DNA of 38,157 nucleotides from contig JBGPFS010000003.1 of the NCBI GenBank assembly GCA_041483455.1, forward strand, positions 1 to 38,157. The letters are read 5' to 3'. A program made the translations under genes and the position numbers. Every line of letters begins with the position of its first letter. The first letter of the stretch is position 1. Under the pieces are notes generated by a model, which ran no database searches, was not told the DNA's origin, and was given only the letters and a program-made list of their open reading frames with translations. Of this stretch, positions 9,420 to 17,265 are shown in pieces. This DNA comes from Candidatus Limnocylindria bacterium. GTDB taxonomy: Bacteria > Chloroflexota > Limnocylindria > Limnocylindrales > CSP1-4.

Positions 9420-10073
9420 TCAATGGGCGACCAGCTCGAGGGCGATGCGGGCCGCGAAGCCGAGGATGACGAGGCTGCCGACGATGCTGACCCCGACGAT
9501 CGCCCGCGGCGGGAGGCGCCGATGCGCCAGCGAACCGAGGAGCGCGAGGACGCTCTGCCACGAGAGCGAGGCGCCCGCGACACCGACGACGAAGGCGACC
9601 CTGCCGAGGGCACCATCGCCGATCGGCGGCAGACCGAGGATGAGGGCGGCGAAGTAGATCACGGTCGCCGGGTTGAGCAGGGTCAGGCCGACGAACCGGA
9701 GGTAGGTCGCGCGGGCGTCCGGGCCCGTCGTCCGGGCCACCACGCCGGCGCCCTGCCCGGCCTCGGCCCGGGCCTCCGCCCGGACCCCGGCCCGGATCCC
9801 GCGGAGGCCGTGCCAGGCGATCGCGACGAGCGCGCCGATCGCGACGATCCGGAGCGGGGTCGCCAGCGGTTCGATGAGTGGCGCGAGGGCCGTCCCGAAC
9901 ACGGCGGCCAGCGCCGCGTAGGCGAAGTCGGCGGTCGCGGCCCCGGCGCCCGCCGCGAACGCGACCGACCGGCCCCGCCGGATCCCCGTCTCGATGATCA
10001 GGACGGCGATCGCCCCGACCGGGATGGCGATCGCGTAGCCGGCGACCACGCCGGCCAGGAAGGCGGCCACCAT
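9420..10073 (-). CDS. LysE family translocator
   Basis: IAIPVGAIAVL, GAATAD, LTLLNPATVIYF; about 6 TM segments. Confidence 0.9.
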   Translation of the reverse strand: MVAAFLAGVVAGYAIAIPVGAIAVLIIETGIRRGRSVAFAAGAGAATADFAYAALAAVFGTALAPLIEPLATPLRIVAIGALVAIAWHGLRGIRAGVRAEARAEAGQGAGVVARTTGPDARATYLRFVGLTLLNPATVIYFAALILGLPPIGDGALGRVAFVVGVAGASLSWQSVLALLGSLAHRRLPPRAIVGVSIVGSLVILGFAARIALELVAH

Positions 10074-10783
10074 CAGGCCGGCGCTCGCTCCGGCGCTCGC
10101 TCCGGCGCGCCGGCAGGCTCCTCGCTGGGCCCGGGGCTCCCGTCGCCCCCTTCGGGCCCGGCGACCCCGGCGAGCGAGCGGATCGCCCGGGCCAGCCGCT
10201 CGATCGAGCGAACGCCCGCCCGTTCGGCCGTCACCGACACGGTCGCCCGACTCACGCCCAGGTGGTCGGCGGCGTCGGACCGGCGCAGCCCGTCCACGAT
10301 GAGCAGGCGAGCCACCGCCCGCTGGGCCACGCTCAGCCCAAGGAGCGCTCCCCCGAGGACGGGCGCCAGGTCGGCGAGCAGGGCGTCGCGGCCGCGGTCG
10401 CCCGTCTGGATCCGCAGGAACGAGCGTTCCGCGCGCGCCGCCGCCAGGCCCGCCCGGGCGGCGAGGACGGCCGGGCCGGTGCGCTCGTCGGCCGCTCCCG
10501 ACCCGCGATCAACAGGTCCGAACGCGAACGACCAGCGCAGGACGAGCGGCTGGTCGTCCAGCGAGGAGCGAAGGACGGCCAAGAGCGGATCCGCCGGGGG
10601 CCGGAGGAGGCCGTGGAGCTCGGTCCCATGGGTCGCACCGAAGTCGGCGAGCCGCGCGGAGCCGTAGGCCGCGTCGAGCTCGCGACAGAGGCGGCGGAGC
10701 GCTTCGGAGGGGATGGCCCCGCCGGCGCCGGCGCCGCCGGGGCGCACGATCTCGGCGATGAGGACGATCCCCTGATCCTGCAC
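10073..10783 (-). CDS. SatD-like protein with C-terminal HTH
   Basis: VLIAEIV...GTELHGLL...FAFGPV...TGPAVLAAR pattern resembles SatD; C-terminal QRAVAR...RSDAADHLGVSRATVS HTH; GTG 10783 preceded by TACCGT-N6. Confidence 0.65.
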   Translation of the reverse strand: MQDQGIVLIAEIVRPGGAGAGGAIPSEALRRLCRELDAAYGSARLADFGATHGTELHGLLRPPADPLLAVLRSSLDDQPLVLRWSFAFGPVDRGSGAADERTGPAVLAARAGLAAARAERSFLRIQTGDRGRDALLADLAPVLGGALLGLSVAQRAVARLLIVDGLRRSDAADHLGVSRATVSVTAERAGVRSIERLARAIRSLAGVAGPEGGDGSPGPSEEPAGAPERAPERAPA

Positions 10784-10880
10784 GGCCCGACGGTAGCGGG
10801 CGGTCCAGTCAGCCGTCAATGGCTGACTCGTATGCAATCAGTCGCTCACGTCTAACCCGCCCTGGACGGAGACCCGACCG

Positions 10881-11126
10881 TCAGTGACGCACCGTCGTCT
10901 TGGTCTCGTGGATCCCCTGCGCTGCGGCCACGATCACCTGGTTGAGCGAATCCGCGATGGCCTTGGCGAGGTTCTGGTTCATCCGAACCCGGGCGACGAT
11001 CACGGTGGGTTCCGCATGCGCCCCCGCTTCACCGGTCGGCTCCGATCGATTGAGCGTGATCGTGACACCGAACTGACCGGCGCTGACGCTGAAGCCATCC
11101 GCGTAGATGTCGGGGTAGTCGGCCAT
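10881..11126 (-). CDS. Small hypothetical protein (DUF3467-like)
   Basis: IYADGFSV...VARVRMNQNLAKAI pattern; strong AGAGGAGA RBS; visibly lower GC than the flanks. Confidence 0.75.
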   Translation of the reverse strand: MADYPDIYADGFSVSAGQFGVTITLNRSEPTGEAGAHAEPTVIVARVRMNQNLAKAIADSLNQVIVAAAQGIHETKTTVRH

Positions 11127-11262
11127 CTCATCTCCTCTGTTGACAAACGATCCAGCGTGGACGCTCCATCATCCCGGATCGCGAGTCTCTGCCTTCCTCA
11201 CGGCATCCACCTCACCGGCCGAAGGCCACCGGCACCTGGTGGACCGGTCTTGGCCACGATCG

Positions 11263-11295
11263 GTCATCCGTCTCGCCGCTGGCGAGACGGATGAC
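11263..11295. repeat. Perfect inverted repeat, 15-bp arms with 3-nt centre
   Basis: GTCATCCGTCTCGCC-GCT-GGCGAGACGGATGAC. Confidence 0.95.
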
Positions 11296-11422
11296 GCCAG
11301 GACGCGTGAAGGGGGGACGATCGGACAGCCGGGACCAGCGAGCCAGGTCACGGACCGATCGGCGGCGTTCGAGCCGGAGTGTACCCGTGCTCGATCCGCT
11401 GGCGCGGATGTCCATCCCGCCG

Positions 11423-11824
11423 TCAGGACCGTCGGGACCGGATGAGCGCGGATGCAACGAGAGCGGCAAGCGCGCCGGTCGCGTCGATCCCGACGTCGAG
11501 GATGGACGGGTGGCGCCCGATCACGAATCCCTGGTGCAGCTCATCGCCGGCCGCGTAGACGATCGCCAGCGCCAGCGCCCCGGCCCACGGCCGGCGCCAG
11601 GCGGTCGTGCGCGCCAGTGCTCGCCAGAGCAGCAGCGCCAGGACCCCGAAGACCCCCATGTGCCCGGCTTTGCGGATCAGGAAGTCCAGCCCCTCGTCGG
11701 GGACGAAGCGCAGGTTCGGCTGGGCCGAGAGCGCGAAGATCAGCCCGGCCCACGCGACGGCCGGGGTCCAGGCCGCGAGTGGCCGGCCGCGCACGAGCCG
11801 GACAAGCCACACGCGAAGGTCCAT
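11423..11824 (-). CDS. VanZ family membrane protein
   Basis: IFALSAQP, IRKAGHMGVFGVL, YAAGDELHQGFVIGRHPSILDVGID. Confidence 0.92.
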   Translation of the reverse strand: MDLRVWLVRLVRGRPLAAWTPAVAWAGLIFALSAQPNLRFVPDEGLDFLIRKAGHMGVFGVLALLLWRALARTTAWRRPWAGALALAIVYAAGDELHQGFVIGRHPSILDVGIDATGALAALVASALIRSRRS

Positions 11825-11895
11825 CGCCGACAGGATACGAGCGCACGATCCCGCCGCGCCCTCTCGGATGGGCCGCGACCGCCGGGGCGCCCCGG

Positions 11896-13413
11896 TCAGG
11901 CCAGGCCCGGGTCGACCCCCCGCAGGATCGCGGCGATCGCCGTCCGGGCCGCCGGCGTCTCGTAGTCGAGGAGCGGATGGGCATCGATCCGGTGCTCCGC
12001 CACTCGGCCGGCGATCCGGGTGTAGAGGACCGGGTAGACGTCGCCGCTGCCGTCCATCTCGAGCGTGATCGCCAGCGCGTCCGGCCCGCCGGCGTCGACG
12101 AAGTCCGCCAGCGGCCCGATCCCCTCGTCGAGGATCCCGGCCGCCGGATCGAGCGACACGACCCGCGCCAGGTAGGCGCGCTGGTGCCAGATCTCGGGGC
12201 CGCACGTGAGCTCCCCGGCCACGAAGTCGCCCAGCTCGGCCGCCGGGATCGACGGCCGCTCGGGCGTGACGCCGAACCGGGTCCGCGCGATGTGGCGGGC
12301 CAGGACCCGGGCGTTGTAGCGCGCCCCCTGGACGGCCCCGGAGTTGGCCGGGATGCCGTGCTTGAGCAGGCCCTTCGCGCCCTGGCCGATCGTGCCAGCG
12401 AAGAAGATCCCGGGGGCCGTCGCGCTCTCCCAGAACGGGGTCTGGGCCGGCAGCCGGCTCTGCCCGAACGTGGCCACGCCGAGCGCCGGAAGGTCGCGCA
12501 GCGGGGTGACGAAGCCGGTCGCCGCGATCACCTCGTCGACCTCGAAGGCCATCTCGCTGGCGTCGTCGGATCGGCGCGTCCGCACCACGAGGGCGGCGCC
12601 GTCGGCGGTCCGCTCGATCGACTGGATCGAGGCGTCGAGGACGGCGACCCCGCCGCCCAGGACGTGGTCCTCGTAGGGCTGGACGTAGCGCGCCCGGATC
12701 CCGACCAGCGAATGGGTCTGGACGGACAGCTTGGCCGGGCTCGGCGAGGCGATGAGGATCCGCTTCGCCCAGGGCAGGAAGCCCGAGGCGAGCTCGAACC
12801 CGGAGTTCTGCTTGCCGATGATGAAGATCCGCTTGTCCGCGTACGTCTCGACCGGGCGGGTCTCGGCGTAGTGGGCGGTCAGGTCCATCCCCGGCGCCTC
12901 CGGGCGCCAGGGCTCGGCGACGCCGACGGCGAAGACGAGCGTCGCGGCGGTGTAGACGCCGTCGCTCGTGGTCAGCTCGAACCGGCCGTCGTCGAGCCGG
13001 CGGGTCGATTCCCAGCGGCAGCCGTACCGGACGACCAGCCTGGTCCGCTCGGCGAACGCCGCGAGCGAGGCCTCCATCTCGGGTCGGCTCGGGAAGTAGG
13101 ACGAGCCGTCCATGAACCGCGGCTGGAGCGCCCGGTGCTCGTCCTCCTCCGGGATGAGGCTGTTCCAGTCGTAGCGCTCATAGGCCCGGCTGCCGCGGGC
13201 GAACGGGGCGTAGGGCTTGGTCCAGGACAGGAGCCGCTGGAAGAACGGCCACTTCCGGAACATCCCGCCGGCGGACTCGTCGGCCGAGATGACGGCGTGC
13301 GCGACGCCGAGTCCGCGCAGGGCGTACGAGGCCTGGAGGCCGCCCGGGCCGCTGCCGACGACGACGATCGGGTAATCGCCGGGCGGGAACGGCCGCTGGC
13401 TCAGCTCCGCCAC
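11896..13413 (-). CDS. NAD(P)/FAD-dependent oxidoreductase, FOXRED2-like
   Basis: FAD motif VVVGSGPGGLQ, second dinucleotide motif IIGKQNSGFE, ATGF; RYDWNSL and YFPS motifs; GTG start lies inside the 3' end of the upstream cNMP gene. Confidence 0.85.
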   Translation of the reverse strand: MAELSQRPFPPGDYPIVVVGSGPGGLQASYALRGLGVAHAVISADESAGGMFRKWPFFQRLLSWTKPYAPFARGSRAYERYDWNSLIPEEDEHRALQPRFMDGSSYFPSRPEMEASLAAFAERTRLVVRYGCRWESTRRLDDGRFELTTSDGVYTAATLVFAVGVAEPWRPEAPGMDLTAHYAETRPVETYADKRIFIIGKQNSGFELASGFLPWAKRILIASPSPAKLSVQTHSLVGIRARYVQPYEDHVLGGGVAVLDASIQSIERTADGAALVVRTRRSDDASEMAFEVDEVIAATGFVTPLRDLPALGVATFGQSRLPAQTPFWESATAPGIFFAGTIGQGAKGLLKHGIPANSGAVQGARYNARVLARHIARTRFGVTPERPSIPAAELGDFVAGELTCGPEIWHQRAYLARVVSLDPAAGILDEGIGPLADFVDAGGPDALAITLEMDGSGDVYPVLYTRIAGRVAEHRIDAHPLLDYETPAARTAIAAILRGVDPGLA

Positions 13414-13823
13414 CGGTTCGCATTCCGCAGGCGGCGGGCCGACGCCTGGAGCATCCGGTACATCACCCGCGGGTGGTCGACGAGGAAGTCCTCCACGGCG
13501 GGTCCGGCCAGGACGAGGCAGCGCAGCGGACCGAGCGCGATGACGTCGGCCACCGGCGACTCGCCCAGCAGGATCGAGACTTCGCCGAAGAACTCGCCCC
13601 GCGAGAGCGTCGCCCGCTCCTGGCCGTCGACCTGGATCGAGCAGCTCCCCTCCAGGATGAGGTAGAAGCCCGAGCCGCTGAGGCCCTGGCGGAGGACCCG
13701 CTGGCCGGCCGGGAACCACTGCTCCTCGAAGGTGTGGGCCACCGCCTGGAGCTGGGGCGTCGTCAGGTCCGCGAAGAGGGCGAACCCGGCGATCGTATCG
13801 ACGATCTCGTCCTGTCCCGCCAT
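13401..13823 (-). CDS. Stand-alone cyclic nucleotide-binding domain protein (degenerate phosphate-binding cassette)
   Basis: LFADL...QGLSGSGFYLILEG...GEFFGEVSILLGESPVADV; no HTH; GAGGAGG RBS upstream. Confidence 0.9.
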   Translation of the reverse strand: MAGQDEIVDTIAGFALFADLTTPQLQAVAHTFEEQWFPAGQRVLRQGLSGSGFYLILEGSCSIQVDGQERATLSRGEFFGEVSILLGESPVADVIALGPLRCLVLAGPAVEDFLVDHPRVMYRMLQASARRLRNANRWRS

Positions 13824-13971
13824 GGGCCCCGTCGTCCTCCTCGGCACGGTCGTGCGACCATCGGCGCAACGAAGGGGCTCCCCAGCGCGGCCGTGTTCTG
13901 CCATCGTATCGTCCACAGCCGGCTCGACAAGCCCCGTCGTCGCGGCGTCCCGTTCCTGGAGGGTGACGATC

Positions 13972-14397
13972 ATGGTCTCGAGCGACCGGCGGACCGAGCT
14001 TCTCGGCGCGGTGGAGCTCTTCGCCGGCATCGATCCGGCCGACCTTGAGGCGATCGCCGCGCGGGCGACCGAGGTCGAGTTCCCGGCCGGTCGACCCATC
14101 GCCCGCCAGGGCGAGGTGGGGACCGGCTTCTTCGTCGTGGAGTCGGGTCGGGCGCGCGTCGTCCGGGACGGCGAGACGCTGGCCGAGCTCGGGCCGGGCG
14201 GCTTCTTCGGCGAGCTGTCGCTGCTCGACGGCGGGCCCCGGATCGCGAGCGTCGTGGCCGAGGAGCCCACCCGCTGCCTGGCCCTGCCGAGCTGGGAGTT
14301 CGAGCGGCTCCTGGAGGAGCGGCCGCGGATCGCGATCCTCATCCTCAAGGGCGTGGCCCGCCGCCTGCGGGCCGTCACCACGAGCCACCATCACTGA
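13972..14397 (+). CDS. Stand-alone cyclic nucleotide-binding domain protein
   Basis: QGEVGTGFFVVESG...GGFFGELSLLDGGPRIASV; no HTH; GGAGG RBS. Confidence 0.92.
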   Translation: MVSSDRRTELLGAVELFAGIDPADLEAIAARATEVEFPAGRPIARQGEVGTGFFVVESGRARVVRDGETLAELGPGGFFGELSLLDGGPRIASVVAEEPTRCLALPSWEFERLLEERPRIAILILKGVARRLRAVTTSHHH

Positions 14398-14420
14398 CCG
14401 GCGGTCGGTCCAAGGAGCGG

Positions 14421-14441
14421 ATGACCACGGAGCGCGGATGA
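14421..14441 (+). other. 6-codon upstream minigene MTTERG* from a 17-bp-period duplication of the cyclase start
   Basis: GCGGATGACCACGGA at 14417 and 14434; AAGGAG RBS at 14412; the TGA at 14439-14441 overlaps the ATG at 14438. Confidence 0.6.
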
Positions 14442-17173
14442 CCACGGAACGGCCGAGCCAGGCCGGGACGATCACCTTCCTGTTCAGCGACATCGAGGGC
14501 TCGAGCCGGCTCGAGCAATCGGTCGGCACGGAGGCGTACGCGACCGTCCTCGCCCGTCACCGGGCCATCCTCCGGGCGTCCTTCGCCGCCCACGGTGGCG
14601 ACGAGCAGGGGACGGAGGGCGACTCGTTCTTCGTGGTCTTCGCCAGCGCCGCCGAGGCCGTCCGGGCGGCCGTGGAGGGCCAGCGCGGCCTGTTCGCGGA
14701 GGACTGGCCGGACGACCGCCCGGTCCGCGTCCGGATCGGGCTCCACACCGGCGATGCCACCCACGGGCCCGACGGCTACGTCGGGATCGACATCAACCGG
14801 GCCGCCCGGATCTCGGCGGCCGGCCACGGCGGCCAGGTGGTCGTCTCGGCCGCGACCGCCGCCCTCGTCGGCGAGAGCCTGCCGGCGGGGGTCACCTGGC
14901 GCGAGCTCGGCTCCTACCGGCTGAAGGACTTCGCGGATCCGCAGCGCCTGAGCCAGCTGGTGGTCGAGGGCCTGCCGGCCGACTTCCCGGCCCTCCGGAC
15001 GGTCGACGCGCGACCCAACAACCTGCCGGCCACGATGACCACCTTCGTCGGGCGGGAGCGCGAGCTCGCCGATGGGCTGCGCCTCCTCGGTTCCGCCCGG
15101 CTGCTGACCGTCACCGGACCCGGGGGCATCGGCAAGACCCGGTTCGCCCTCGAGCTGGCGACCCATGCCGCGGCCGACTTCCCCGACGGGACCTTCTTCG
15201 TCCCGTTCGAGCCGGTCGACGACCCGACGCTCGTCCCGGGCACGATCGCCCGGGCCGTGGGCATCGTCGAGACCGGGGTCCGGCCGCCGCTCGAGCTGCT
15301 CGTCGAGCTGCTGGCCGGCCAGCGGGCGCTGCTCGTCCTCGACAACTTCGAGCGCCTGACGGGCGCCGCACCGATCATCGGCGACCTGCTCCGGGCCGGG
15401 CCGGGCCTGCGGATCGTGGTGACGAGCCGGGCGATCCTCCACCTCTCGGGCGAGCAGGAGTTCCCGCTCGACGGGCTGTCGATGCCGCCGGACCTCGAGC
15501 GGCGCACCCCGAGCCAGCGGACCGGCCGGGCCGGGACCGACGCCGGGGCGTTCGAGCCCGAGCGGCTCCTGGGCTTCGCGGCGATCCGGCTGTTCGTCGA
15601 GCGGGCCATGGCGGCCCGGCCCAGCTTCGGCCTCGACCGTTCGAATGCGGCCGCGGTCGCCCGGATCTGTGCCCGTCTCGACGGGATGCCGCTGGCCATC
15701 GAGCTGGCGGCCGTCCGGGTCCGGCTCCTGTCGCCGGACGCGATCCTGGCCCGCCTCGAGAAGCAGTTCGAGCTGCTGGCCTCGGGCGCCCGGGACGTGC
15801 CGGAGCGCCAGCGGACCCTGCGCGGCGCGATCGCCTGGAGCTACGACCTGCTCGACGAGCCGAGCCGGCGGCTCCTCGAGCGGCTGGCCTGCTTCGTCGG
15901 GGGCTGCGACCTCGGGACGGCCGAGCGCGTCTGCGGCCCGGCCGAGGAGCTGGGCCGCGACGTGTTCGACGGGATCGCCGAGCTCGCCGACCAGAGCCTC
16001 CTCCGGCGCTCGGAGGCGGACGGCGAGCCGCGCTTCGCGATGGCCGACACGATCCGGGCGTTCGCCCTCGAGCGACTCGAGGCCCGGGGCGAGGCAGCGC
16101 TCATCCGGCGACGCCACGCCGAGGCCTTCCTCGACCTCGCCCGGGAGGCCACGCCGCGCCTTGCCGGGGAGGACCAGCGGCGCTGGATCGAGCGCCTGGA
16201 GCGCGAGCACGACAACCTCCGCTCCGCGCTCGCCTGGGCGGTCGAGGCGCCCGAACCGGAGGTCGCCCTCGGCCTCGGCTTCCACCTCTGGCGGTTCTGG
16301 CAGAAGCGCGGTCACCTCGTCGAAGCCCGCCGACGGCTCGACGAGATCGCCGCGAAGCCCTGGGCGAAGGCCGATCCGGTCGCCCACGCCCGGCTGCTCG
16401 AGGCCCTCGGGGGGATCGCCTACTGGCAGGGCGACTTCCTCGCGGCGATCCCGGCCTACCAGACGAGCCTCGACCTGTGGCGGGGGCTGGGCGATCGCTC
16501 GGAGATCGCCAACGCGCTCTACAACCTGGCCTTCACCTACAGCATCGACGCCAACGCCCACTCGGTCGCCCCCACCTTCGACATGTCGCTCGGGCGGCCG
16601 CTCCTCGAGGAGAGCCTGGCCATCTACCGCGAGATCGGCGACGCCCGGGGGGTCGGCAACGTCCTGTGGGCGATCGGCAGCGCCGACCTGTTCGCCAGCC
16701 GGTTCGACGGGACGCGATCCGTCTTCGAGGAAGCCCAGGCGGCGTTCAAGGCGGTCGGCGACCGGACGATGGAGGCATGGGCGCTCCACATGGCCGGGGT
16801 CGTCGACGTCCACCTCCGCGACTGGCCGGCGGCAGTCGATGCCTTCCGGCACGCCCTGCGCCACTTCGTCGAGGCAGGCGACAGCACCGGGCAGGCCCTC
16901 GTCCTCGACGACTACGCGACGCTGGCCCTCGCCTCTGGCGACAAGGAGCGCGGGATCCGGCTCTGGGCGGCGGCTCGCCGGATCCAGGAGACGTTCGGGA
17001 CGGGGCTGGTGCAGGCCCAGATCAACGCCTCCGGCCAGAAGGCCTGGCTCGACCCGGAGCCGGGCGACGCCACCCCCGAGCGACGGGCCGAGCTGGAAGC
17101 CGAGGGTCGCGCGTGGACCCTCGAGGAGGCGCTCGCCTACGCCCTCGACGACGACCTGCCCGGCGTAGGATGA
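14438..17173 (+). CDS. Class III nucleotidyl cyclase - STAND (NB-ARC-like) NTPase - TPR protein
   Basis: FLFSDIEGSS, TEGDSF, RIGLHTG, INRAAR; P-loop GPGGIGKT, Walker B LLVLDNFE, GMPLAIEL; C-terminal helical repeats; no LuxR HTH. Confidence 0.93.
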   Translation: MTTERPSQAGTITFLFSDIEGSSRLEQSVGTEAYATVLARHRAILRASFAAHGGDEQGTEGDSFFVVFASAAEAVRAAVEGQRGLFAEDWPDDRPVRVRIGLHTGDATHGPDGYVGIDINRAARISAAGHGGQVVVSAATAALVGESLPAGVTWRELGSYRLKDFADPQRLSQLVVEGLPADFPALRTVDARPNNLPATMTTFVGRERELADGLRLLGSARLLTVTGPGGIGKTRFALELATHAAADFPDGTFFVPFEPVDDPTLVPGTIARAVGIVETGVRPPLELLVELLAGQRALLVLDNFERLTGAAPIIGDLLRAGPGLRIVVTSRAILHLSGEQEFPLDGLSMPPDLERRTPSQRTGRAGTDAGAFEPERLLGFAAIRLFVERAMAARPSFGLDRSNAAAVARICARLDGMPLAIELAAVRVRLLSPDAILARLEKQFELLASGARDVPERQRTLRGAIAWSYDLLDEPSRRLLERLACFVGGCDLGTAERVCGPAEELGRDVFDGIAELADQSLLRRSEADGEPRFAMADTIRAFALERLEARGEAALIRRRHAEAFLDLAREATPRLAGEDQRRWIERLEREHDNLRSALAWAVEAPEPEVALGLGFHLWRFWQKRGHLVEARRRLDEIAAKPWAKADPVAHARLLEALGGIAYWQGDFLAAIPAYQTSLDLWRGLGDRSEIANALYNLAFTYSIDANAHSVAPTFDMSLGRPLLEESLAIYREIGDARGVGNVLWAIGSADLFASRFDGTRSVFEEAQAAFKAVGDRTMEAWALHMAGVVDVHLRDWPAAVDAFRHALRHFVEAGDSTGQALVLDDYATLALASGDKERGIRLWAAARRIQETFGTGLVQAQINASGQKAWLDPEPGDATPERRAELEAEGRAWTLEEALAYALDDDLPGVG

Positions 17174-17220
17174 GGTCGCCGACCCGCGGGTCCCCCGCCC
17201 CGCCGGTCCACCGTCCCGCA

Positions 17221-17250
17221 GGTCCACGCCTGACTGGTCCACGCTTGACT
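17221..17250 (+). repeat. 15-bp direct repeat GGTCCACGC(C/T)TGACT x2 upstream of the SRPBCC gene
   Basis: Tandem copies at 17221 and 17236, plus a third GGTCCAC at 17204. Confidence 0.7.
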
Positions 17251-17265
17251 GCCCGGAGGCCACCG

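Noticed and set aside
11140-11145. Perfect TTGACA on the plus strand
   Set aside because: No -10 hexamer at 16-18 nt spacing and no plus-strand gene downstream.
11896-14529. 877-aa ORF as a cNMP-oxidoreductase fusion
   Set aside because: The cNMP domain is in a different frame with its own stop at 13401; the upstream part of the long ORF is low-complexity shadow and the oxidoreductase starts near 13413.
13401-17173. Calling the locus Pycsar, CBASS or Avs
   Set aside because: The cNMP domains are not fused to TM or TIR effectors, there is no CD-NTase, and the context is not a defence island; only an analogy is supported.
14375-17263. 962-aa antisense ORF and similar long shadow ORFs (e.g. 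11452-13665, 26387-28135, 34052-35752)
   Set aside because: They mirror well-supported genes on the other strand, have no motifs, and are expected from stop-codon scarcity at high GC.
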